A DNA stretch of 44,284 bases from a virus (lineage: Duplodnaviria; Caudoviricetes): positions 1 through 44,284 of the IMG/VR virus record IMGVR_UViG_3300029290_000003; one strand, given 5' to 3'. Shown piece by piece: positions 17,230 through 25,277 of the stretch (position 1 is its first letter; every line of letters starts with the position of its first letter). Below the pieces are notes generated by a model, which made no database searches, had not been told where the DNA came from, and worked only from the letters and a program-made list of their open reading frames with translations. The translations under genes and the position numbers were made by a program.

Positions 17230-17913
17230 CTAGGGTTCTTTGAATCCTTCGACATTAAAGGTAAATTGCTTTGTTCCTTCTTGAAAGAAACTAGGCTCAA
17301 CTATAAGTTTCTTTGATACTTTCAGTTTTTCGATAAGCTTCTTGGCAGTTGCTTCACTCTGTACAAATAAGACATCTGTATCATGCGTATCACTGCCGAC
17401 CATTGTTACAGCTTGAATATTTCCACTATCAAATTTGAAATTTACTTTACAACCATCAAAGCTTGAACAAATGAATTGGCCCTTTGTGATATTAATAATT
17501 AAATCAGTCCCACTTTTACCCTTTCGAACCGTCAAGACAAGGTTTGATCCCCCATTGTAAGGAAACTCAAAATCAGCTTGGTTAGTACTTATAGTACGTG
17601 TTGATCTTGTTTCAGTTCCTCGCATCTCATCCTTAGAAACGTTATTAAACCAATTTTCAGGTTTTGCGGGTTCAGATGCCAAACTTGATGCTTGAGCGCT
17701 ATCTTGTGTATCGCCTTGTTTGACTGCTTTGTTTGGTTCTGCTATTTTCCCAATCACAGCAAATAAAATCATAATCCCAAAAAACCAAAGGACTATTTTT
17801 AAAAACAGGCCCATCTTCTTAACCTTGGCACCACACACAGGACAAGCATCTGCTTTATCACTAACTGGTGCACCGCATTCCTTACATGGTTTTATAGCCA
17901 TTTCATCACCCAA
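17230..17913 (-). CDS. zinc-ribbon + TM + periplasmic-domain protein (moron)
   Basis: CKECG...ACPVCG followed by one TM helix. Confidence 0.8.
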   Translation of the reverse strand: MGDEMAIKPCKECGAPVSDKADACPVCGAKVKKMGLFLKIVLWFFGIMILFAVIGKIAEPNKAVKQGDTQDSAQASSLASEPAKPENWFNNVSKDEMRGTETRSTRTISTNQADFEFPYNGGSNLVLTVRKGKSGTDLIINITKGQFICSSFDGCKVNFKFDSGNIQAVTMVGSDTHDTDVLFVQSEATAKKLIEKLKVSKKLIVEPSFFQEGTKQFTFNVEGFKEP

Positions 17914-17941
17914 AAGAATTGAAGTTTTTAGTAGTAAAAAT

Positions 17942-18373
17942 TTAATTTATTTTTGGTTTGCCAATTAATTTATTGACAGCATCCAATACTTTACCCTCAG
18001 TGCTTCGCCATTTATTAAGTGCTAAAGGGTTTTGCTCCCAATCTACTTTTGCAATTTGTTCTCCATTTTCATCATAAAGATCTAATTGGATAACTGATGT
18101 ATATACGGCCATATCCCATGATCTTTGTGCTGAGTAAGTTAATCTATTTTGACATTCAATTGGCTTGGTATCTGAATAGAATTTAGATTTGATCCCATTT
18201 TCAATAAATGCTCTTTCTAAATCATTCTCAAATGATGGAATAGTTACTTTGCTGTTACGTTCAATACAAACTTCACGGAGTGTGTTTAGTTTTGCACTAT
18301 CTAATGCCTTCACGGGTTTACCAGCACAACCAACAAGCCCTAGCATCAGCCCTAATAAAATAATATTTTTCAT
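17942..18373 (-). CDS. lipoprotein, Sbal_3080-like (moron)
   Basis: lipobox LVG-C; VCIERN and LTYSAQRSWDMAVY motifs. Confidence 0.75.
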   Translation of the reverse strand: MKNIILLGLMLGLVGCAGKPVKALDSAKLNTLREVCIERNSKVTIPSFENDLERAFIENGIKSKFYSDTKPIECQNRLTYSAQRSWDMAVYTSVIQLDLYDENGEQIAKVDWEQNPLALNKWRSTEGKVLDAVNKLIGKPKIN

Positions 18374-18396
18374 GAATTACCCCTATCTTTAGAGGT

Positions 18397-18425
18397 AATT
18401 TAACAAGTGGTTAATAATGGCGCAA
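18397..18425 (-). promoter_or_regulatory. sigma70 promoter of the lipoprotein moron
   Basis: TTGCGC-N17-TAAATT with extended TG, just after a terminator. Confidence 0.6.
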
Positions 18426-18426
18426 T

Positions 18427-18447
18427 AAAAACCGCCTTTGAAAGCGG
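18427..18447 (-). terminator. terminator after the tail chaperones
   Basis: CCGCT/GGCGG stem plus U tract. Confidence 0.7.
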
Positions 18448-18465
18448 CCCTTGTTTCTTTTGGAC

Positions 18466-18785
18466 TTATTCTGGTAATTGTGCACGCAAATAAGTTTCTA
18501 AATCCTGCGGCTCAGGCTTGCTTTCATGCGGCATATAATTTAGGGCATCAATCTTGGTGCCTTTTTTTACTTTAGATGAAATATAAAGCGCAAATAAGTT
18601 ACCAATTGCCTGCTCTATTCGGCGTCCCATAAATAAAGATCCACGCTTCTGGCGGTATGCCCGCCAGATGTGGAATTCTTCATTCGTTATTTTTTGCTTC
18701 GCTTCTGCAATGGTGCTTCCACCGATGCCGCAACTGACAAGTTCACACCAGAATTCGTTTCGCTTGAGTTCTTCTTCATCAACTT
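18466..18785 (-). CDS. tail assembly chaperone, -1 frameshift extension (gpT-like part of gpGT)
   Basis: open -1 frame after GGGAAAG: VDEEELKRNEFWCELVSCGIGGSTIAEAK...YMPHESKPEPQDLETYLRAQLPE*. Confidence 0.85.
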
Positions 18786-19157
18786 TCCCATGAAGTTGTT
18801 CACTTCATCTGAGACTGCATAGAAAGCATTGCAAACAGAAACGTCACAATCTAGCACTTCATCAATTGATTTGAAGAATGGCGAACCTTTTGCATCTTCG
18901 CAAATTGAGCCAAGGATACGGGCAGCTTGTAGGCGGATACCATCAATGCTTTCAAGCTTAGAGTTTTCCAAGTCTGTCGGATCAAATTTCCATTTATAGG
19001 CTTTTAAAATTTGCTCCTGGTCTTTGAATGAAAGCTTACGAACAAATACCTGAGCTTCGTAGTCTTCCCCATTTAAAGAAAAATGCACCGTCTTTTCGAC
19101 TGGTGCACCTTGAAAAAGACTAACTTTTTTCAGATTAGCTACTGATAACTTTTTCAT
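18687..19157 (-). CDS. tail assembly chaperone (gpG-like)
   Basis: between the tail tube and tape measure genes; carries an in-frame G GGA AAG slippery site. Confidence 0.85.
   Translation of the reverse strand: MKKLSVANLKKVSLFQGAPVEKTVHFSLNGEDYEAQVFVRKLSFKDQEQILKAYKWKFDPTDLENSKLESIDGIRLQAARILGSICEDAKGSPFFKSIDEVLDCDVSVCNAFYAVSDEVNNFMGKLMKKNSSETNSGVNLSVAASVEAPLQKRSKK
18783..18789 (-). other. programmed -1 ribosomal frameshift site GGGAAAG
   Basis: identical to the lambda G-T heptamer and in the correct phase (ATG GGA AAG). Confidence 0.88.
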
Positions 19158-19165
19158 CTTTCACC

Positions 19166-19627
19166 TTAAGCCTTAGGAATAATCTGAACACCAGTGCTAC
19201 GCTGCATAGTTACTTGGTAGCTTACGAGTGAGTCAGCTTCAAATGTTGGAGTTGATGGAGCTAATGAGGCTTTGTAAGTCCAGAAGGTACGTGTAGTTGG
19301 AACTGTCACTGTGCCTGTAGCAATTGTTGGTTCTGCTGTACCGTCACTTGCACCAATGTAGAAAGTTAATTCTTTGTGAGCGTCAGCCCATTCAAGAAGT
19401 TGAACATGTGTGTCATTTTCTGGATCAAGGTTAAAAGTGATTGAACCATCACCCGGATCATTCAACCCTGTTAAGTAAGACTTTGAACTTGTTTCTTCCA
19501 AACATGTATTTTCAAGTTTAGAAGTACTGTCACTGCCTAAATCGATTGCAGTAATACAGATTGCTTTAGTAATGGCCGTGCCATCAGAAATAAAAACGTT
19601 AGTACCTTGTGTACGTAAAACTGCCAT
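19166..19627 (-). CDS. major tail tube protein
   Basis: TQGT N-terminus and TCLEE...LTGLNDPG; synteny. Confidence 0.85.
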   Translation of the reverse strand: MAVLRTQGTNVFISDGTAITKAICITAIDLGSDSTSKLENTCLEETSSKSYLTGLNDPGDGSITFNLDPENDTHVQLLEWADAHKELTFYIGASDGTAEPTIATGTVTVPTTRTFWTYKASLAPSTPTFEADSLVSYQVTMQRSTGVQIIPKA

Positions 19628-19656
19628 GAGTAGCTACTCCTCAAATTTTAGGCAAT

Positions 19657-19677
19657 AAAAAACCGCCTTTCGGCGGT
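19657..19677 (-). terminator. intrinsic terminator
   Basis: ACCGCC-GAAA-GGCGGT plus U tract. Confidence 0.8.
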
Positions 19678-19700
19678 ATGGATTTGGATTTTTGTGTGAT

Positions 19701-20063
19701 TTAGCGGTCTAAAAACCAATTGGCATCAAAGCCACGGGAAAATAGCTTCGTGTCTTGCTCATAGTTATTGATGCTTGGATTTAGAACATAACTTTGTGGT
19801 TCTAAGGCTTTGCGGATCGCCTCTCTAGCTTCATAAGCTCGCTTTTGCTGTGTGTCGTAGACAATAATTTGGTACATGACATGATCAACATGTGCAGGAC
19901 AATCTAGGTTATTTTCAGCATTACCACCTACTGTTTGCCACACTGCATAAGGTGTAGGTGTATCTAAAGGCGCCAAGTCCTCATAAACACGTAAATCAGT
20001 GCCTAAAATAGCCTTGACCGCAGCATCAGCATTGAGGGTTCGATAAATTGGAAGAAAGCTCAT
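19701..20063 (-). CDS. tail terminator protein (DUF3168-like)
   Basis: RVYEDLAP..TPTPYAVWQ motif; synteny. Confidence 0.8.
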   Translation of the reverse strand: MSFLPIYRTLNADAAVKAILGTDLRVYEDLAPLDTPTPYAVWQTVGGNAENNLDCPAHVDHVMYQIIVYDTQQKRAYEAREAIRKALEPQSYVLNPSINNYEQDTKLFSRGFDANWFLDR

Positions 20064-20521
20064 AGTTTTGCTATTTCCTTGTCTAGTTCAGCACTAAAAG
20101 ACTGACTGAAAGTATCTGTGACCTTTTGAACATTGTTTGCTAATGCTGGGCGCATAAATGGAACTGCAGGAACACCTGAACGGCCATACTCGATCCATCT
20201 CCAATGCCGCGTGTCACCTCCACTTGTAGGTTTAGGAGTTGGGTTAGAGAATGAAGCACCACCATCAACACCAACGCGCATCAATACTTGGCTTTTATCC
20301 TTCATTCTGCCCGCACTGACTTTAATATTCTTAAAGATCTTCGCTGCTGTTTCAGGATCATCAATAGCTTGGGCATTCTGTCTTGCTGCATCACGGACAA
20401 CATTCATTGCTTTGCGAGCAGCGCGCATAGCGGCATTTCTGACTTGACGTTTATTGGTCAATGCATTCATCTTTCGCAAGACTTCATCTAGCCCTTCGAT
20501 TTTTACGTCTACATCAGCCAT
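20060..20521 (-). CDS. HK97 gp10-like tail completion protein
   Basis: IEGLDE N-terminus and WRWIEYG...PFMRPA. Confidence 0.88.
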   Translation of the reverse strand: MADVDVKIEGLDEVLRKMNALTNKRQVRNAAMRAARKAMNVVRDAARQNAQAIDDPETAAKIFKNIKVSAGRMKDKSQVLMRVGVDGGASFSNPTPKPTSGGDTRHWRWIEYGRSGVPAVPFMRPALANNVQKVTDTFSQSFSAELDKEIAKL

Positions 20522-20538
20522 AAGGTTTCTCCTGACGT

Positions 20539-20560
20539 AAAAAAACCGCCTTTAGGCGGT
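20539..20560 (-). terminator. terminator closing the head-tail moron
   Basis: AACCGCC-TAAA-GGCGGTT plus U tract. Confidence 0.8.
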
Positions 20561-20850
20561 TAAGTTAAAACTAGTTGGGATTCTCGATATTTGGCATGAA
20601 CTTTAGTTTCTATTAAACCTTTAGTGCTGAAATCGGTTTCTTTTGACAGTTCTTCAATTTCGAAGCGATAACAGGCTCTAGGGGTTTTAACCACAATATA
20701 CTTATCAGAATCAGACTCAAAGAAATCACCTTCCTGTCCACATGGGTAGAAAGTAAAATCAATGTTTTTATCAGAGAGCTGGACACTATCTTTAATATGT
20801 ATTTCGACTAGATTGTCATTCCAGCCTAGAAAGCATTTACTCATATCCAA
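20560..20850 (-). CDS. hypothetical protein (moron)
   Basis: ORF co-oriented with and adjacent to 20857..21261. Confidence 0.6.
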   Translation of the reverse strand: MDMSKCFLGWNDNLVEIHIKDSVQLSDKNIDFTFYPCGQEGDFFESDSDKYIVVKTPRACYRFEIEELSKETDFSTKGLIETKVHAKYRESQLVLT

Positions 20851-20856
20851 TCCCTA

Positions 20857-21261
20857 TTAAACTTTTGCAGCAATTGCTAATTCACGGAGGGTCACGCCTG
20901 TATGAGTGTTCGCCATCTGTGCTACCCAATATCGATGATTAAACCACTTGCCAAGCTCCCAACAATAAACATCATCAATCGCTTTAGTTTTTGTAGCTTC
21001 TTCTACTTTGGCTTTACCGCCAAATCTAGCAACAATATCATCAGCCTCAACTACATATGCTTGGCCTTTGTCTCCAACTTGAAGACATAATCTCGATTTA
21101 ATTCCGTCCTCATATTGAACAAGCCAGTTATCTGAATCGCTTTCACTTCTTTGTTCAAATACAACAGTGCCCTTTTCACCTGATGGATGCTGTATTATAT
21201 CGCCTTCAAATATTTGACAATTAAGGTAATCACTATATGGGGACTTCTTCTTATTGCTCAT
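20857..21261 (-). CDS. hypothetical protein, YopX-like IFEGDII motif (moron)
   Basis: GAGG RBS; D..NCQIFEGDII motif. Confidence 0.7.
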   Translation of the reverse strand: MSNKKKSPYSDYLNCQIFEGDIIQHPSGEKGTVVFEQRSESDSDNWLVQYEDGIKSRLCLQVGDKGQAYVVEADDIVARFGGKAKVEEATKTKAIDDVYCWELGKWFNHRYWVAQMANTHTGVTLRELAIAAKV

Positions 21262-21339
21262 AATTGCACCTCTGCAATACCTGTTTATGGTTGTGGCAAC
21301 TGTTCAGGTAAAACAGAGTTCGGTGATCAGCCTAGCCAC
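21262..21339 (-). ncRNA. candidate structured cis-regulatory leader RNA
   Basis: TATAAT at 21351-21346; GTGGC/GCCAC closing stem enclosing two hairpins; TACCTG/CAGGTA pseudoknot; RBS hairpin. Confidence 0.5.
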
Positions 21340-21353
21340 TCAAATATTATACA

Positions 21354-21701
21354 CTATTTCGATTTTTCAAGCCCCTGCCCAAGCAAGAAAGTACAGTAAG
21401 TGTAAGAGTCTTCACTATCATCTAAGGCTTGGCTTTTAATTGAGAAAATCCGACCTTTCCAAATCACCTGCATCTTGGTCGTTATGTCTTCTCGATAGCG
21501 GATTTTCATACGAGCCACTACTTCGGATTGGTCGGCTTGTGCTGCAATTAAATCTTTAGCGGATAATGGTGTGACTTTTGCCCAAAGCTTTTTGTACTCA
21601 GACCAACCACCTTCGATTGGGAAGCCGTCTTCATCACGGCCCGGCTCAGTGTATGCTTGAATAACCACTCTGTTTCGAAGTTCGGGTGCTAAATCTGCCA
21701 T
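21354..21701 (-). CDS. head closure / head-tail adaptor (SPP1 gp16-like)
   Basis: LRNRVVIQ...WAKVTPLSAK...IRYREDIT. Confidence 0.88.
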   Translation of the reverse strand: MADLAPELRNRVVIQAYTEPGRDEDGFPIEGGWSEYKKLWAKVTPLSAKDLIAAQADQSEVVARMKIRYREDITTKMQVIWKGRIFSIKSQALDDSEDSYTYCTFLLGQGLEKSK

Positions 21702-21989
21702 TTAAACCCCCATAATTCTAAATTTTTGCAGCAAATCCCAGTAAGCTTTAGGCTTACCTTCTGTGCTTCGGCTATAACGATATTGAACGTAAATTAGTCT
21801 TGCTGAATCTAACCAATCATTATCTAAAATATCAGTTTCATCTACTCGATCAGACTCACTCACAATCACTTTACGATCTAAATCGTTTTGAATTACCTCT
21901 TCTGCATCTGCAATCCATTTAATAATCAACGAATCTTCATCATCTTCGTCAATGCGACAGTGTAGTTTTGCCTGGTCTAAAGTAATCAT
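21702..21989 (-). CDS. head-tail connector (HK97 gp6-like)
   Basis: ITLDQAKLHCRIDEDDEDSLI. Confidence 0.9.
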   Translation of the reverse strand: MITLDQAKLHCRIDEDDEDSLIIKWIADAEEVIQNDLDRKVIVSESDRVDETDILDNDWLDSARLIYVQYRYSRSTEGKPKAYWDLLQKFRIMGV

Positions 21990-22156
21990 TCTGATTTCAC
22001 CTGTTTCGTGCTTTTAACTGGCTTCTTTTCTTCTTGTGGTTCAGCCAGAACGCCTTTGTCTACCAAATGTTTTACTGTTGCTGGATCAGCTTCCCGAGTG
22101 TCACCAGTTTTATAAAACTGATCGCCAAAATGTTCACGTTTAACTTCGTACTTCAT
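21986..22156 (-). CDS. small head-associated protein
   Basis: follows the major capsid gene; GGAG RBS; YKTGD..E...LVDKG pattern. Confidence 0.65.
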   Translation of the reverse strand: MKYEVKREHFGDQFYKTGDTREADPATVKHLVDKGVLAEPQEEKKPVKSTKQVKSE

Positions 22157-22196
22157 TACTATCTCCAAAAAGAAAGGGGCTTTCGCCCCTATTCAA

Positions 22197-23396
22197 TTAA
22201 GGTGTTACAGCAGGTGCCAAATTACCGTAAACAAATGCTTCTGGACGATAAACCGCTAAAGCTAGGCGCTCTTCAGCAAGAATTGTCACCAAGTTCTTAA
22301 CGAAATCGTCCTCGTTCTCTGTTGCCACCTCAACACGAGATAACCAACGGTCGAAGATCTGAGCACCCATCGAGAATGCACCAGTCAAGAACTTACCTGC
22401 TGTGATAGCTTGAGTTTCAACAACTGGAAGGCCCCATAAAGTCGGGTTTAAAGTGCCTTGTGGATTACCAATAATGTATTGGCCAGTTGTGTCTTTCAGC
22501 GTTTCAATGCTTGCCCAGTCAATCGGGTTAAGCACATGACCACTTGCAGGATATTCAGCAAGAATCGCTTGAAGCATTGCATAACGCAAAGTATCAATGA
22601 TCGTTTCTTGTGAAGGTGTTACGCCTGTAGGACGAACATAGGCAGTCGCTTGAGGAATAATCCCCAATAAGTTCTGACCAGTACCGTCACCATTAAGAAT
22701 TTGCTGCTCTTCTTTGAAAGCCAAGCCATAACGCAAACGGCCATCAATGTAAGATTGCAACTGTGAAGCATCATCAAGGATCTGACGTGAAGCTTTCATG
22801 TAATGTGCGATAACTTTGGCAGTTGTGCTTACAAGGTCAAACTTAAGGTCAGACTCAGGCTTTCTAGTTCCTTCAGCCACCATACCAGCGCCATTTGTGA
22901 AGCCAGTCTCACGCACGTATTCAAGTGTATTTCCATCCATACGTCCCTGCATTAGAAGGTCACGGATAGTTAGCTTTCGGTCAGGTGGAGCAATAATGCC
23001 CGGAATTCGAGTAGTTTGAACCAAATCACCCGCTGCACCTGCTGTATCAGTTGTTACTGAGGTAATTGTGGCCTTGATTTCTAAGTTCGCTTTACCACGT
23101 TGCCCAGCCGAACCAGTAAGAGATTTAAATTGCTCAGATTCAACAAACTGACGTCCTAAAGATTTCTGCTCATTAGGTTGATCGTTTGGACGTCGTGCAG
23201 CTTTTTGCTCTACTTCATCAATTCGAGCTTTAAGCTCATTTAACTTAACAATTGCTTCATCGGCAGCTTGTTTAGCACCTTCTGCAATTTTATCGCCATG
23301 TTCACGCTTGCCTTTGAAGTCTTCAGCAATGCCTTTTACTTCATCAACTTGTTTTTTAAACTCTTGAGCGAGTTGTTCTAGGTTTTGTTCAGACAT
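22197..23396 (-). CDS. major capsid protein, HK97 family
   Basis: N-terminal delta coiled coil; EGTRKPES, LNGDG and AEERLALAVYRPEAFV. Confidence 0.97.
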   Translation of the reverse strand: MSEQNLEQLAQEFKKQVDEVKGIAEDFKGKREHGDKIAEGAKQAADEAIVKLNELKARIDEVEQKAARRPNDQPNEQKSLGRQFVESEQFKSLTGSAGQRGKANLEIKATITSVTTDTAGAAGDLVQTTRIPGIIAPPDRKLTIRDLLMQGRMDGNTLEYVRETGFTNGAGMVAEGTRKPESDLKFDLVSTTAKVIAHYMKASRQILDDASQLQSYIDGRLRYGLAFKEEQQILNGDGTGQNLLGIIPQATAYVRPTGVTPSQETIIDTLRYAMLQAILAEYPASGHVLNPIDWASIETLKDTTGQYIIGNPQGTLNPTLWGLPVVETQAITAGKFLTGAFSMGAQIFDRWLSRVEVATENEDDFVKNLVTILAEERLALAVYRPEAFVYGNLAPAVTP

Positions 23397-24048
23397 TGCT
23401 GACTCCTTTTAAAATATTTAAAGCATTAGAAATTGATTTCGCTTCTTTGATTTCTTCCTCTGACTCGCTCAGAAGAGAACGCAAGCCTTTGCTAGCGATT
23501 GCAGTAGCTTGGTTTTTTGAAAATCCTGACTCTCTCAAGAATTTTTCAAATTCTGGTAGTGATGGCAGTTCGCCATCATCTAATTTGGACTTAACGGAAG
23601 TGATGAGGCTGCGCTCATTTGCAGGCTGAGTGACAATCGAGATTTCGCTAAGGTCAACTTCAACTAATTCGCGAACGCCATTTGTCTGTTGATTAGCCTT
23701 TTTGGTTGAGTAGCCAATGCTTAGGCCGTCTATAGCGCCAGCCTTTAAAAGTGCATGAGTAGATTTGGCTCTAGGGACGTCATCTATGAGCAACTTGCCT
23801 TCAACATAAAGGCCTTTTTCGTCTTCATAGATGTTTGTGTAGACGCCGATAGGCTCACTATCGTTGTGGTTCCAAAGAACAGGTGGCATCTTATTTTTGG
23901 CGCGCCATTTTGCGATAGACGCTGTAAATGCACCTGGTAGAATTACGTCGTTATACCAATCGATATTTCCAAATACGGCACCATAGCCAGAAAAAAAACC
24001 GTCCTCTTGGACGGCTTTGATCTCTAAATTAAAACTTTTTCTTGTCAT
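23389..24048 (-). CDS. HK97 prohead protease
   Basis: FSGYGAVFGN.D, VLWNH, GLSIGY and EISIVT.PAN. Confidence 0.95.
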   Translation of the reverse strand: MTRKSFNLEIKAVQEDGFFSGYGAVFGNIDWYNDVILPGAFTASIAKWRAKNKMPPVLWNHNDSEPIGVYTNIYEDEKGLYVEGKLLIDDVPRAKSTHALLKAGAIDGLSIGYSTKKANQQTNGVRELVEVDLSEISIVTQPANERSLITSVKSKLDDGELPSLPEFEKFLRESGFSKNQATAIASKGLRSLLSESEEEIKEAKSISNALNILKGVSNV

Positions 24049-25277
24049 TGAGGATTCCCCTGATTTTCTCCAAGTGGCACCATCTGCATTTGTACTGTGA
24101 GCTTATTAGCCGCCGGATCTGTGGATGCTGGCAAATCCTCCAACTCTCGCGCTTCATTTCGCGTCATTAAGCCGTTCTGAGTCATTTTCACGTAGAAATC
24201 ACCACGTTTAGCTACATCTGATCGCAGCAAGCCATCTACAGAGAATTTAGGACGGTATTTGTATTTGTCTTGGGGCAAAAGTAACTTACGCGCGATTGTT
24301 TGCTCATAGCGCACTAATTGAGGGTTAAGTGCATAAGTCAAAAATCCCTGATTTGTTTGCTCTAGGCTAGATGCCCATGAACTTGCTTTATTAGTGTGCC
24401 CAATTAGTTGAGGTGGAACCCCGAAAGCACGGCAGATTTCTTCAATACCGAAGTAACGAGACTCCAATAATTGAGCGTCTACTGGGTTAATACGGATGCT
24501 ACTTGCGCCTGAAACCTTCATGCCAGCTTCAAGCACCATGTACTTTCCAGCGTTTTCCGGTCGACTAAATTCAGCTAAATTGTTCCGCATTCTTTGGCGT
24601 TGTTCTTTAGTGAGCGTTTGCTCGCCTGTTTCCAGAAAGCCCCCTACTTTTAAGCCATTTTTGAACCAATCTTGTGCTTGGTTGTTGGCATCAAATTGCA
24701 TACCGATGGTTTGCGCAAAGAACTGAATTGCTGATAGGCCAACCAGCCCATCTAAAGTGAATCCTTTAAAGTGAAGGATCTTGTCTTCTGAATATATTGT
24801 GGTTTTGCCGTTTTCGGTGTAATGAAACTCAATTGAGCCTGATTTATTACGTTTTACAATCATTTCACTTGGGAAAAGAGGCTCTAGCGCTATCACTTCA
24901 CCATTTGATCGCTTAGTTATCAGGTTGTATGAGTTACCCCACAAATCCAAACAAGCGCTTTGTACCTGCCAAAATTCACTAGCACACATGTCAGCATTCG
25001 GCGAATCATGCAAAATACGATACAAGTGATGCTCTGTAGCAACCCGTTTTTCGTTGTTGTAAAGCTGAAGTGGTAATGTTGAGATAGTTTCAGCACGTAG
25101 TTTCACACATGCCCAAACCGCTGACAGTTTTAATGCAGTCTCAGGCGTTACAACTGCACCACCTGACGAAATATAGCTATCAAAAGGATATGAAGTATCC
25201 CCTTTTTTTAATTGAGTTCTTCCAGTCAATCGTGACCAGAAACGAGTCCAAAAACCCGTGTCTTGTAAATCGCTCAT
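24045..25277 (-). CDS. portal protein, HK97 family
   Basis: SAVWACV..AETISTLP, ICRAFGVPP and MTRNEARELE. Confidence 0.96.
   Translation of the reverse strand: MSDLQDTGFWTRFWSRLTGRTQLKKGDTSYPFDSYISSGGAVVTPETALKLSAVWACVKLRAETISTLPLQLYNNEKRVATEHHLYRILHDSPNADMCASEFWQVQSACLDLWGNSYNLITKRSNGEVIALEPLFPSEMIVKRNKSGSIEFHYTENGKTTIYSEDKILHFKGFTLDGLVGLSAIQFFAQTIGMQFDANNQAQDWFKNGLKVGGFLETGEQTLTKEQRQRMRNNLAEFSRPENAGKYMVLEAGMKVSGASSIRINPVDAQLLESRYFGIEEICRAFGVPPQLIGHTNKASSWASSLEQTNQGFLTYALNPQLVRYEQTIARKLLLPQDKYKYRPKFSVDGLLRSDVAKRGDFYVKMTQNGLMTRNEARELEDLPASTDPAANKLTVQMQMVPLGENQGNPQ

Noticed and set aside
18397-18425. dif/pdif-like sequence ATTTAACAAGT-GGTTAA-TAATGGCGCAA
   Set aside because: Inner XerC/XerD arm bases do not match; better explained as the moron's sigma70 promoter on the minus strand
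21300-21339. Hammerhead ribozyme call from CUGAUCA...GAA
   Set aside because: CUGAUCA sits in a hairpin loop and there is no stem II or NUH arrangement; kept only as an unclassified RNA
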